From: Octopus vulgaris
Taxonomy: Eukaryota
Reading direction: 5' to 3'
Length of the DNA: 64,000 nt
Assembly (NCBI GenBank): GCA_951406725.2
Contig: OX597819.1
Location: 100,440,001 to 100,504,000, forward strand
Shown here: one piece after another, positions 44,372 to 57,410 of the stretch
Position numbering within the stretch: position 1 is the first letter of the stretch
How the letters are laid out: every line of letters starts with the position of its first letter
Notes under the pieces: generated by a model
Seen by the model: only the letters and a program-made list of their open reading frames with translations
What the model was told of the DNA's origin: nothing
The model's database searches: none
Made by a program: the position numbers and the translations under genes

Positions 44372-45974
44372 CATATACATATACATACATATCCATATAC
44401 GTATGTATATATTCATATATATATAAACACTTGCACACACACACACACAACTTTCAAAAATAATTGTGTGAATTTGTGTATGTATGTTCGTGTGCTAGCA
44501 AGCCTGTGTGTGTGTTTTAAGGTAAAAAATACACAGATATATACGTGTGCAGTCGTAGCTTGCTTGCAACATTACAGGTGTATATGAATATGAACTACAT
44601 TACTACAATGCATGTAGAATTATACCCGCACACACGCACACACACACACACACACATACATACACACACACGAACATACATCGAAACACACGTACACATT
44701 TATATATGGTAAAAGATTGTGACATATTCCTTGCGATAAATAAAGGTTTTTATGTATGCGTGCGGGTATAGTATATATGTGTGTGTGTGGGGTGTTTGTG
44801 TAAGTAATACATATATATATATATATATATGCATATGTATATGCATATACATATATATATGTACATATGTATATGCATATACGTATGTATATGCTCATAC
44901 ACATATATATATAGATACATACATACATACATACAGATACCGATATTTATATATATGTATGCATATATATATATATATATATATATATACTTACACACAG
45001 ACAGAAACACGAGCGCCTGTACAAAGACACGCACAAACAAACCCGTGTGTAGTTATGTACCTATACATATATATATATATATACACACGCACACATATGA
45101 ATTTATCTGTGTGTGTGTATCACTGTATGTGTTTGTGTCTGTGTGAAAGAGAGAGAGAGAGAGAGGGGGTAAGAGAGAAGGAAAGAAAGAGAGAGAGAGA
45201 GAGAGACCGAGAGAACGAGAGGTGGAGACAAAGAATCCCGCATGGTACTGTGATGGGGAGTGTATATGTGTGCATATATATTGATATATACAGATCACTA
45301 CAAATAGATTTTCACCTGTATATGCGTTAGATAGTCATATATAACTATCAATACACGTGTGTGTATATACATATTTATATATTATGTGTATTTATGTATA
45401 TATATATATATGTGTGTGTGTCTGTGTGTCTTTTATATATATATATGTGTGTGTGTGTGTGCATATGTATATGTATATATAGATGCGTGCATGTCTGTGT
45501 TTGTGTGTGTTTCTATTTGTATTTGTGCATGTGTATCTGTGTCTCTTTGTGCATGTGTGTATCAGTATGCGCATGTATGTGTGTGTGTGTGTGTGCGTGT
45601 GTGTGTTTATATCTGTGTCTGTATCAACGTTATTCAGACGTTGCGTTGACATCAATAGTCGTAACATAATATTTTTTTATTACATCTGCAGAAAATTCTA
45701 GAAAAAAAGGAAATTGCCATTCTACGATGTTTCCACCGTTGAATGCATCAAATTGATTCTTAATACCCTACACATTTACTTATACACATTAAGAACATAC
45801 ATGCACATACATATAATTACGCACACGTACGCTCTTATATGAATGATATGTGTGTGTGTGTATATATATGCACACAAATACACATACGTATTTATACATA
45901 CATATGTATCTATGGATATGTATGTATGGATATGTATGTATGTATGAATATGGATATATATATATATATATATC

Positions 45975-46017
<43 letters not shown>

Positions 46018-46589
46018 CTTTGTGTATGTATGGATGTTTTTAAACGCCGCTCCCTTTCTTACTTAAAAGAATTTAAGTCATAAATGAAGAACTCGTTTTA
46101 CTTCTTCTTAGTAAATTATTGACTTTTTAAAAGATGTAATCCAATTCTCCTTGGTTTTTGAAGAGGGGAATATTCCACATTTAACTAATAATGAAGTCTC
46201 TTTCTGGCATTTTCATTATCCTTAGTGTACGTAATAAATAAATATATGTCTATGTATGTATGTATGTATGTATGTATGTATGTATGTATGTATGTATGTA
46301 TGTATGTATGTATGTATGAATGTATGTATGTATGAGTATGCATGTATGTGTTACTTTGACTGACCTATGCGACACGTGTTTCTAAATATTTCATCATCTA
46401 TAAATTCTGTCTTTCAAAATCTATCATTCTCTTTCCCTAATTCCATATCTCTCTTTATCTCTCTATCTTTTTATCTATCTATGTATCGCTGTATATATGC
46501 ACACACACACACACGTAGATGCATGCATGCATACATATATACATACACACGTTTACACAGACATACACACAAATACACATATATGTATA

Positions 46590-46628
<39 letters not shown>

Positions 46629-46631
<3 letters not shown>

Positions 46632-47276
46632 AGGAAAAATTTTTTAAAAATGCAGAATGCTCAAATGAAAGAAAATTTTAATAAAATGAGAAAATGATAA
46701 AATATATAAATATATATTTATTCAACCGGTTTTCGTCATTGTATGACTTGTCAAGAATATTTATGTTTTAAGAAGTTTTTTTAAAAATTAGAAAGGGGAA
46801 AAAAAAGAAAATTGCATTGTTTTTTGTAAAAGAATAATGATAAAAATGTACAAAAATTAAAAAATAAGTTCTCCGATACATTGTGAGTTCGTTGTGTATC
46901 TTGAGTTTTATGGTTGTTTACCAAAAATTACCTTGAGGTGTTAAGATCCAAAGGGATTAAGAGCATGTGATGTGTTGTGTTGTTAAATTCAGCATGTTGC
47001 AGGACAGGAAGTAGTAGTAGTAATTGTGGTCCTAGTTCTTCAGTTCCTGTGTTGTGAGTAAGGGAGACAACTCTTTTGAGTTCTTTCTTAAAACATAAAT
47101 ATTCTTGACAAGTCATACAATGACGAAAACCGGTTGAATAAATATATATTTATATATTTTATCATTTTCTCATTTTATTAAAATTTTCTTTCATTTGAGC
47201 ATTCTGCATTTTTAAAAATTTTTTCCTTACTTATCATTTCTCCACGTGCGGTCAACACAACCCCACCATTTATTGA

Positions 47277-47278
<2 letters not shown>
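46629..47278 (+). mobile_element. (TA)n-flanked element with about 145-bp inverted arms, each carrying an HHR
   Basis: 46629-46773 is the reverse complement of 47085-47230. Confidence 0.9.
47100..47140 (+). ncRNA. Minimal hammerhead, U3:A8 variant (mirror copy at 46719-46759, minus strand)
   Basis: tattc-TTGACAA-gtca tacaa tgac-GAAA ACCGG TT-gaata. There is one extra A after GAAA. Confidence 0.65.
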
Positions 47279-47308
<30 letters not shown>

Positions 47309-47314
<6 letters not shown>

Positions 47315-47499
47315 AAGGAGCTTCTACAGGACTAGAACTGTTTCATTCAAAAGAAATCATCAGGAAGCGCTTCCTGATGATTTCTTTGAATGAAACAGTT
47401 CTAGTCCTGTAGAAGCTCCTTCTATAAAATAAATTAATTTACTCTGCTATGTATTGAGTACCTTATTTACTGTGGTTAACCCCGACTTAACCCGGGGCC

Positions 47500-47502
<3 letters not shown>
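47309..47502 (+). mobile_element. (TA)n-flanked element beginning with a 119-bp loopless palindrome
   Basis: 47309-47368 mirrors 47369-47427 with one 1-nt indel. The centre is gaagc|gcttc. Confidence 0.9.
47369..47416 (+). ncRNA. Type-I hammerhead ribozyme, canonical core (mirror copy at 47320-47368, minus strand)
   Basis: gcttc-CTGATGA-tttc ttt gaat-GAAACAG ttctagtc CTGTA-gaagc: 5-bp stem I, 4-bp stem III, GUA triplet. Confidence 0.8.
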
Positions 47503-47530
<28 letters not shown>

Positions 47531-47531
<1 letters not shown>

Positions 47532-47764
47532 CTACGACCTCGAACCCACAAGAGTAAACAAGAGAGATAGAGACAGGCGGAAACAAGGAAAATGCCACTT
47601 ATATTTGAACACTGTACAAATATTCTTTAATAATAAAATTTCTTTTAATTTTTCCAAATTTAATTGTTTTCCATAATTACAGTTGAAAAAACCTCAATGA
47701 CTGTAACCGGTACTGAAATGTTTCTATAAAATTATTTTAGCATTTTCTATTTTGACTTTTTTTT

Positions 47765-47766
<2 letters not shown>
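47531..47766 (+). mobile_element. (TA)n-flanked element, same family as 13192-13455, with a decayed U3:A8 HHR at 47678-47717
   Basis: cag-TTGAAAA..gact-GTAAC CG GTA-ctg. Confidence 0.8.
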
Positions 47767-47795
<29 letters not shown>

Positions 47796-47798
<3 letters not shown>

Positions 47799-48002
47799 CG
47801 GAGATGTATTTGCATAGCACGTGACCTGATCTGATATCGTGTGTTGAAAGAAAAACAATTGAAGCGTGGAAGGTATTTATAAGCCATTTAAATGCACACA
47901 AAAACCGCTAGCTTCACTTCAACATTTAAATTTAATCTGCCACAATATTTTCCTCGCCTTGAGACCACGAACTGATCAGTGACAAAATTCCGTGCTGCAT
48001 TG

Positions 48003-48005
<3 letters not shown>
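47796..48005 (-). mobile_element. (TA)n-flanked element with a decayed HHR-like motif at 47938-47984
   Basis: tgtca-CTGATCA-gttcg..cgag-GAAA ATAT TG-tggca. The core has mismatches, so it is probably inactive. Confidence 0.5.
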
Positions 48006-48046
<41 letters not shown>

Positions 48047-48066
48047 ATACATATGTGTGTACGTGA

Positions 48067-48102
<36 letters not shown>

Positions 48103-48529
48103 ATGTGTGTATGTGTGTATGTGCGTGTTGCCTGTTTGTGTTTTGGGTATGTGCGTGTGTTTTTCCATCACCACCGCTTGGGTTCCGGTGCTGGTGTATT
48201 TCCGTACACTCGACTTAGCAGTTCGGGAAAAGAGGTCGCTTAAATGAGTGCCAGGCTAAAAAAAACTAAATACTGGGATTGATTCATTCGACACAAAATT
48301 TTGTATAAATGTTTGATCCTAAGCCATCAATATGTTTCGGTGTCTGATATTTTTGAAGAATACTTAGACATTCTATTCAGCAAGATACTGACACGGTAAG
48401 AGACCCTTTTCACCATATGCCAATCAAAGATGAATTACCATTTTAAAGCCGATGACAATGGAGGGTCCGAGGCATGGCCACAGCCCTTTGGCTTAGAAGC
48501 AGAAAAGCAAAAATTTATAATTATATATA

Positions 48530-48930
48530 GGCGCAGGAGTGACTGTGTGGTAAGTAGCTTGCTTACCAACCACATGGTTCCGGGTTCAGTCTCACTGCGT
48601 GGCACCTTGGGCAAGTGTCTTCTACTATAGCCTCGGGCCGACCAAAGCCTGGTGAGTGGATTTGGTAGACGGAAACTGAAAGAAGCCCATTGTATATATG
48701 TATATATATATGTGTGTGTGTGTATGTTTGTGTGTCTGTGTTTGTCCCCCTAGCATTGTTTGACAACCGATGCTGGTGTGTTTACGTCCCCGTTACTTAG
48801 CGGTTCGGCAAAAAAGAGACCGATAGAATAAGTACTGGACTTACAAAGAATAAGTCCCGGGGCCGATTTGCTCGACTAAAGGCGGTGCTCCAGCATGGCC
48901 GCAGTCAAAATGACTGAAACAAGGGAAAAA
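48530..48930 (+). mobile_element. tRNA-derived SINE family B, full copy
   Basis: Head GGCGCAGGAGTGACTGTGTGGTAAG..GGGTTCAGTC, CORE-like CACCTTGGGCAAGTGTCTT, internal TA/TG tract, tail GGCGGTGCTCCAGCATGGCCGCAGTC. Confidence 0.85.
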
Positions 48931-49346
48931 GAAAAAATTCTGAAATCGGAAAATCGCTTCATTACAATTTCATTTCTGTTAAAACCTTCACAACGCCACG
49001 GTATGAGAACCCACTGAGATCGGGAATATAGAAAATTGTAATATTATGTTGATGATAAACCACGAAACGCTCATAAGAATTTTAAATATCTTTATGTTCT
49101 CTACTGTAAATTATTATTTGATCATCAATAATATTACAAATCTATATATTGATATATATTTTATTGTTAATATTCCAGATATAACCATTCCGTTGTCTCC
49201 TATATTTTAATATATAACTGTGTTCGCTACCTTGGCTCTATTAAATCCTTAAACATTACTTTTAAGCTTTTGGACAATCCCTTAAGTTGAGACCTTAACT
49301 AGTGATACCCAATACATTTAGTCCTTAAGACACACTTTATTAAGTG

Positions 49347-49377
<31 letters not shown>

Positions 49378-49379
<2 letters not shown>

Positions 49380-49687
49380 CACGTGATCACGTGACCGACC
49401 AGACCATCAGTTCGGTAAAAGAGGTCTCGGTGGTCACAATGCGCTTCGCATTGTTTTAGCCTTCGAATGACGCCACCCCGCTGGCTAAGCGAGTAGGCCA
49501 ATGGAAGAAACAGTGAGAGAAAAAGTGGTGAAAGAGTACAGCAGGGATCACCACCACCTTCTGCCGGAGCCTCGTGGAGCTTTTAGGTGTTTTCGCTCAA
49601 TAAAGACTCAACGCCCGGACTGGGAATCGAAACCGCAATCCTACGACCGCGTGTCCGCTGCCCTAACTACTGGGCCATTGCGCCTCC

Positions 49688-49688
<1 letters not shown>
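49378..49688 (-). mobile_element. tRNA-derived SINE, head C with tail Y
   Basis: Head and body match 61266-61450. Tail matches 63125-63236 and ends GGTCACGTGATCACGTGATA. Confidence 0.8.
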
Positions 49689-49729
<41 letters not shown>

Positions 49730-49734
49730 GTATA

Positions 49735-49791
<57 letters not shown>

Positions 49792-49858
49792 CGGTGAGTC
49801 ACAGAATAATTTCTCTTTGTATAACAGTCAATTTTCATAGCATTTTTTCCGATGGCCG

Positions 49859-49919
49859 GATAACTGAAGTGATGGCAGCGTGGGTTTCCACCTTGGCATC
49901 CGAAACTTGGTGTTTTATC
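49859..49919 (+). ncRNA. Hammerhead-like motif in a roughly 170-bp (TA)n-flanked insert (49791-49957)
   Basis: gataa-CTGAAGT-gatggcagcgtgg gttt ccaccttggcatcc-GAAAC TTGGT GTT-ttatc. A9 is altered. Confidence 0.6.
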
Positions 49920-49954
49920 ATGGCTACCGAATAATTGTTACATATTTCATTTAC

Positions 49955-50004
<50 letters not shown>

Positions 50005-50312
50005 TACATGAATATTGCATACAATAATATAAAATCATTGTTCGTCCGGCATTAAATTTACCACTGTCCTTTGATAACAAATTCATCGATCATAAATAAA
50101 CGTGATCGTCTACCCTGAGTGAATCCAATCTGTTGTAAGCATTCGTACCCGGCCAACAGCTTGAAAATAGTTCATAATGTCTCTCTTGGATGCTTTTGAA
50201 TGCTTTTTTCTTTCTCTTCCAACACATAGCAAACGATATGGGTGCTGCCTTTTCTGAGTAAATCACCAAATACAAATCACTATCTTGTACAAGGCAACTC
50301 ACAAATGCGCAT

Positions 50313-50373
<61 letters not shown>

Positions 50374-51204
50374 CACACCTATATACACGTTGGTATGTAT
50401 GTGCGTATGTGATTGTGTATTTTTCTATGTCTCTACAAGTGAGGGTATAAAACTTATATCTAAATGTGAACGCAAGAAAGTCTATATGCTTTCTTATAAT
50501 TCTGCGGCATAAAGAATTTGAATTGAGTAAGAAAAATGGAAAGAATATGAGCAACATATATCGTTATATTTAGGGTAGACACGACGAAAGCAACAGCTGA
50601 CAGGAAATTTTTCTTCATAAAATTCTAGCAACGACATAAATTATTTCATATTTTGAAAGCTGGAGACGATTTTAAAGCAAAAAGTCAACCATTAATCGAT
50701 AGATTTACTCGGTTTAAATACATGTTTTTGTACATGAAATTAAATTTCAATAAAAGAAAAGAATGCAAATCTTAAGAAATGATTAAATGTCAGCCAAAGT
50801 ACTGAGATTCCTATAAAAGTTGTTTGTTTACAGAGGTGTTTCAACATTGAGACACAGCAAAAAGAGGAAAACACAACTTGACAGCTTATATAGGATTAGG
50901 AAAGAATAGGGAGACCAAACAAAAATCAATAATATTTTTACACCAGCTTGCACAATACTTCATACAGGTTTGAAATACACACGCACATGTGTGAATGTAT
51001 GTATGTATGTATGTATGTATGTATGTATGTATGTATGTATGTATGTATGTATGTATGTATGTATGTATGTATGTATGGTCTTCTCTTACTATTTTTAATT
51101 TAGAGTAAAGTTTCTCCTTGGAAGCAATAGTGTGAAGGAAAATATCTTGTTTTGTTTATCAAGAAAGCCTTGCAAATTTATATATTCTCTGATATTGTGT
51201 ATAT

Positions 51205-51600
51205 ACTACGTCTGGTCAATAAGTATCCGGACTGTTGCCTTGGTAACAGCGCTGAAGCACAAAGAGTAAAGCCGCTTGGCACATATTGCCGCTGATCCCT
51301 GCTGTGCATGCACACAAAGTTCTAATGTTCTAGCTCACTTCTGTAGTTCACAGCTGGAAGGAAGGAGTGTAGCTTGTGATCATAGCATTGACCATGCCAG
51401 AGAAAATTGTCATGGCGACAGCTGGTAGGAGTCCTCATAAAGATACAGAAAGCGTATGGAGATGAGTATATGAGACGCACGAGTATACGATTGGTTCAGG
51501 CGTTTCCAAGATGGTCGAAAAATATCGATATTGACGAACGATCTGTTAAAGCAGCAACCACCAAATCTGAGAAAAGCATCGCAGATGTGCATGCAGCTTA
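51205..51600 (+). pseudogene. mariner 5' fragment (TIR and N-terminal HTH region)
   Basis: TIR-like tctggtcaataagtatccggac. IQKAYGDEYM.RT..W..F..DIDERS..T.SEKSIADV resembles mariner N-termini. Confidence 0.7.
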
Positions 51601-51688
51601 ATCCTGTAAAACAAATCTTGTGTGTATCTCCATGTTTTCTCTTTCTGTATATATATTTCTCTTTCTGTGTTTTTTTTTTCTCTGTGTA

Positions 51689-51726
51689 TCTTTCTGTTGA
51701 AGAGCGTAGGCTCGAAACGTTAAAGA
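51689..51726 (+). ncRNA. Hammerhead-like motif with CUGUUGA core (element about 51610-51850)
   Basis: tcttt-CTGTTGA-a gagc gtag gctc-GAAAC GTT-aaaga, with perfect stems I and II. Confidence 0.6.
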
Positions 51727-51894
51727 CTTGTTTCATTTATAGTTCCTGAGCGCCATACTAATACAATTGTTTGTTTGTATTCCACCTGCCTTCGTTTTTT
51801 GTTTATTTCCGTAAACCTGCCTTCGTCTTTTGTCTATTTTCATAAAGCTTACCGTTATATATATATATATATGTGTGTGTGTCTGTGTGTGTGT

Positions 51895-51941
<47 letters not shown>

Positions 51942-52239
51942 TGTGTATGTATGTATGTATGTATGTATGTATGTATATGTATATGTATACATATTTTTTC
52001 TCGTATTCCTTTCTGTTGACTCAGATTGCCCAACAATACGACTTCTGAAAATCTGATAGTTCTGGTGAATTTTTTGTGCGTGGCATGGTTACTCATTGCA
52101 AATATTTAATATAATGGCACCTGGAATGAAAAAGAATAATTACATTGTAAATTCTACACCACTGAAAACACATTAATAGGCTTATATCAGAAATTTTGAA
52201 TATCAAAGGTGTCTATTTACTTCCTGCATGTGTGTGTGT

Positions 52240-53026
52240 GTATCCAACTAGGGAGTCCAATTAGAGGTTGTGAGTCCAGAAAAGCATGAATTTGGTCAAT
52301 CAACCCTTAATTGAAACCTGTGTTCCCTCGGAATGGTCAGCAAATTGGGTGAATATGTTCCTCACAAACTTTTCGAGAGTGACTGTGTGCTCTTCCTTGC
52401 TATCACGTCTCACGAATGATCCTCGAACCGAATACTGATTGGTGACGAGAAATGGGTGTTCTATTAAAATGACAAGCACCGAAGACTGTGAGTAGGGAAA
52501 GGAGTAACACCGGCACCCGAGGCCAAAGAAGCTGCTGTAATCTGTTTAGTGGGATATGAGAGGTTTAGTTAACTTTGAACATTTAAACCTAAACCAAACG
52601 ATAACAAAAAAATTTCTTACGAGAGGCTTGAGCGGCTTGAGTCAGCGCTAGAAGAAAAACGACCATCTAGTTTCAAGACGAACCGTGTTTTCCATCAGGA
52701 TAATGCTTTTCCATCAGGATAATTACATTCCAAAGACTGGAGCAGTTTGAATGGGAAGCGATGCCCCTGCCACCATATTCACTGGACTCTGCCCCATCTG
52801 ATTATCATTTATTCGGCAGTTTTCGAAATCACTTGTACGGAGGAAATATGAGTTAAGCAGACGTGGAGTGTTTTTGGTCACGGAAAAAGTGAAATATGGA
52901 AGTGGGGCCTTGCAAAGTCCTAAATAGATAGAAGAGAATTGTAGAAGACGAGGGAGAGTACAGGTTTGATTAAAAAGAATTGAAAAATGAAAGAAGTATA
53001 ACAAGGGTCGTATTATTTACAGGATG

Positions 53027-53033
<7 letters not shown>
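52240..53033 (+). pseudogene. Decayed mariner transposase and 3' TIR
   Basis: SKLGEYVPHKL, RILIGDEKWVFY, VFHQDNA and PPYSLDSAPSDYHLF motifs in broken frames. Ends tattatttacaggatgatccaata. Confidence 0.85.
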
Positions 53034-53063
<30 letters not shown>

Positions 53064-53261
53064 AAGTAGATAAATGAATTATCTTATTACGGATTATTCA
53101 AATGATAACCGATACCTGGGTAGCAAAAATCACAACAGAAAAAGCACGGTTGGACTCCTTATTCAATCCGAATTAGGGACTTTGCAGCCTTTGAAACATA
53201 TGTAGAAAATAATAAAAAGGAATTTTGTTAAGTCTTCGTTCAGCTCCATTTCTTCATACAC

Positions 53262-53311
<50 letters not shown>

Positions 53312-53386
53312 CAGGCATTAATCCATTAGCTCTGCGTCAGAAAGACTTGAAAAAAATACAGAAAAAAGTGAAAGGGTTACACTGAA

Positions 53387-53424
53387 CTTTCCTGACGAAG
53401 GATTGAATCTGAAACGTTGGATTG
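53387..53424 (+). ncRNA. Hammerhead-like motif in a short insert between (TA)n and (TCTA)n
   Basis: ttc-CTGACGA-agga ttgaa tct-GAAAC GTT-gga. Stem I is weak. Confidence 0.45.
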
Positions 53425-53465
53425 TCCACAGCAAGTTCACTGTCCTCCCTTTCACTTTATGTATA

Positions 53466-53565
<100 letters not shown>

Positions 53566-54046
53566 CATACACATATACATATATATACATATATGCACAT
53601 GTAATTGTCTGTGTGTGTTTGTGTGTGTGAAAACATTATAGTCATATGTTTTGCTATATATGAATTTACTGAAAGGGCTGGGCGTATGTAGGTGTTTGTG
53701 TGTGAGAGAGTGTATGATTGTATGTGAGTGCGCGCGTGCGTACTTATATGCGTGCGTGTCTAATATTGTAATTTTAATATTCCAGATGGTGCAGTATTGA
53801 CAAGGACTTAGTTTGCAGTTTTTCGTGTCAAATATAGCTTTTGTTGTGTTATCATTCAATATAGACAAATATGTCAACAAATACCCACTAACACAAGCGT
53901 ACACAAACAGACGCGAGCACGCACATAGGCCCATTATCACAGAAGCGCAAATATGGGCAGGCACATACTTTCACAGAGAGAGCCACATAATAAAGTATTT
54001 AGATATGTACGAGTCCGTATACGTGTACATATGCATGTGTGTAGGC

Positions 54047-54116
<70 letters not shown>

Positions 54117-54234
54117 TCATATATATACATATATATATATATGTGTATATATATATATATGTGTGTGTGTATATATATATATATGTGTGTGTGTATATAT
54201 ATATATATATATGCATATATGTAAATTTAAAATA

Positions 54235-54568
54235 ATAAGGGTGAAAAATTGAATATTAATTTAATATCAACTTAAAATCAGTGGTCTAGCATATAGAAAA
54301 TCTGAAGATTCAGAAAAATTATATTTTATACACATAAGAGAGATGATCACTAAGTGGACATCCATTATGCTAGAAGTCGACCCCCTATGGTCTCACCACT
54401 AAGAAAGGAATGTTCTCAAGAAAATTTAGCAAAGGCCAGAACGTACGCTTACGTTCTGCCGTTTGCTAAATTTTCTTTAGAACGTTCCTTTTTAGTGGTA
54501 ATACCATAGGGATCGACTTCTAGCATAATGGATGTCCACTTAGTGGTGGTCATCCCTCTTATATGTAT
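54235..54568. repeat. Element of the 14313 family ending in a hairpin with about 118-bp arms
   Basis: 54328-54445 pairs imperfectly with 54450-54568 across a 4-nt loop. Confidence 0.85.
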
Positions 54569-54870
54569 GTATATATGCATTTCTATGTTTATATATGTGA
54601 GTAAGCGCGTCTATGTATCTGTTACAGTGCACGGTTGCGCGTGTCAGAGAAAGCGCATAGCCTAGTGGCTATCGTGATTTCGATATCCAGCCCGGCAGTG
54701 CGTTGGTTTCATGTGCAAAACATTTCTTTCAATATTGCTCCAGTCCACTAATATGTAGATGGGTATCGTTCTGAATGTAAAGCAATTCAAACTGCATTGT
54801 GAACTGTGGAGCCTTACAACATCCAATAGTCTGGTCGATATCATTATACAGTGAAATGGGTACACACACA

Positions 54871-54938
<68 letters not shown>

Positions 54939-54983
54939 CCACTGTATACCTCTATCGACAGAGAGATTGAGTGAGAGAAAGCG

Positions 54984-55031
<48 letters not shown>

Positions 55032-55217
55032 ACATGCATATATATAAACATCTAAGCAAGAGTGTTTATATACGGTGTTGATCATGTCAGATCATAATCC
55101 CCATATTGCCATCAGGTTGTGTTCTACATTGTGGACACTATTGTTTTCTAGCTTCGCTACCGGGCTAATTTCGTTTTCAGATATCTTCTCTGAACTCTCT
55201 ACTTCCTCAGCTATATA

Positions 55218-55437
55218 TACGAGGGGTCGCTACAAAGACTCTGGCTTTCATGGTATCGCGAAAGCGTGGCTGGAGTCCCAAACCTCTGAGTTCTTTTACA
55301 AGACTGAAAAGAATTCAAGAACCGCTGCAATAAATGTGCGAATCTGAGCGGAGAATATGTTGAGTAAAATCATAATTAACTGATTCTCCTCTATATTCTT
55401 CTACTAACAGTCAGAATCTTTTTAGCAACCGCTCGTA
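55218..55437 (+). mobile_element. mariner-derived MITE
   Basis: Termini TACGAGGGG.. and ..CCGCTCGTA. Internal remnant AKAWLESQTSEFFY..RCNKCANLSGEYVE*. Confidence 0.75.
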
Positions 55438-57185
55438 TATGCCATCTCATATCTACAGACATTCCCTGTACTTTGTCCAGTCCAAGGTTCGTAAGGTTAC
55501 CCTATACAACGCTAATCATCTCCTTTGTAATTTATGTTGCTGCTATTCTACGCTATTATAACAATACTTTACTCAATAGTTTTTCTGACGTAATCTTCTC
55601 ATGCAAACATAAGTTTTTTTCCACGCTTTCTTATTATGTGAAGCCTTTATGATTTCTCCTATTTCCCGTTGAATCTCTGTTTTTCATCCAAATATGTTTG
55701 CATCAATTTTCCTTATTCCCTTTCTCTAAACATACTTACCTCATCTGCTACCACATACCTACTCCTTTTACAAAAATGTTTTTATCTTCTTGATTCATTG
55801 TATGGTCAGTGGACATTTTTAACCGATTTATGCCCTGCTTAACATTATCTTTACCATCTGCGGCGTTTCCTTATGCTTGGCTGATTTTAACTTTCTTGTC
55901 TCTCTTTCTCTCTTCTTCTCTCTGCTATTTTTCTTCCTTGCTTCTTTATAATCTAGAACTTGTCCTTCATTTTCCCCTCAAACCTGATCTCCGTTCTGTT
56001 ACCCCACCCTTTAACCGTTTACTTTTGCTAGTGCTAATATATGAGCCACATATGTCAATTTTGTCTTGATGAGGGAAGCCGGACTTATTGTAATATCTTT
56101 ATGTGACTGATTACCAGTTTTTCACATTACATCTGTGATTCCTGGTTTTTATAACTACATAACTCCGAGCTTTTTGAAAAAGCCTTCAATTTATGAATTT
56201 TGCATTATCTCAACTTAATCTGTACATTCATTCCATATTTTGGGGCTCTCTATAAATATATTTATATCAAGCGTAACTGTTTTTATCTCTGTTACTAGCC
56301 CTATATCAGCTCAATTTAGATTTCTCCTACAACCTTTCTTTATGACGCTTGCCTCACCTTGGACGAAGAATTTAGAGTTACAGTACACGCGCACATTCGC
56401 ACACACAGATTATATGTGAGAGCTGCGTATACTCAGTGTAGAAAATACATAGTTATGCCCAAAAGTTTTGCTTTGAGACTCAAAATGCCTCATGCAAGGC
56501 TAAACCGGCGTCGTCAGTACACAGACATACGCAAGCCTAGACATATAATATACATATATGTGTATATGTATGCATATATATGTGTGCGTAAGGCTATAAA
56601 TATGAGCATCATATGTTCAATAATATATTCTCACAACTTATTTCCCGAAGCAAAATATGCAAAGTCTGATATGCAAGCTCTCAATAAAACCAGTTAGTCT
56701 AGAAAACAGTTGTTCGAAGTCAAAATTAATCGAATACCTAAGTATTCGAATTGTACCGAATATTAAGATAATATCTTTATAATATATTATTTTCCCATGT
56801 TTAGTTATAACATCCCTAAATTTTACACCTCATATAATCACGCAATTGACCTAAGTACAAAAGCAATGGTTTGAAATCAACTTTTTTGATGCCTTGACGT
56901 CAATCCAATGATTTTATTCTTTTTTCCATTTATTCCCTCCTAATATCGTCGATTATTCTTGCAAAGTTGTGCACAACTTTGTACAGTAAACATTACTAGC
57001 ATTTTCAAATATTAATCCTATTATCCCAAATTTGAAACATCTTTCGTAAAAACCATCACGGAACATTTATGTAAATTACATTTCTTTACAAATAAGTATT
57101 CAAAGAAATGATGTACGCACGTGTAAAGTTTGACAAAAATTAACAAATAGCAACATATCATTTTTTCATAAACTATTTTCCCTAC

Positions 57186-57410
57186 GGGCATATGGCGTAG
57201 ATGTTAAGCGCGCGGGCTACTAACCCCCAAATTCCGAGTTCAATTCCAGGCAGTGACCTGAATAAAAATGACATCGAAAAATACCTTAGGAATGAGAACG
57301 CAGGTTCGAAATTTCTCTCGACATCTGTTGAAGGCTGGAGGGTATATCAACCGAAACATTGTGCTAGCAACAAACATGATGAGGACAAATATCCGTTAAA
57401 TGTGAATAAT
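57186..57410 (+). mobile_element. tRNA-headed HHR-SINE, second copy without the (AAT)n expansion
   Basis: Colinear with 42576-42860. Decayed HHR at 57320-57365: gacat-CTGTTGA-aggct..aacc-GAAAC ATT-gtgct. Confidence 0.8.

Noticed and set aside
55500-56340. Possible decayed LINE ORF2 linker on the minus strand
   Set aside because: The resemblance is only compositional, with no catalytic motif.
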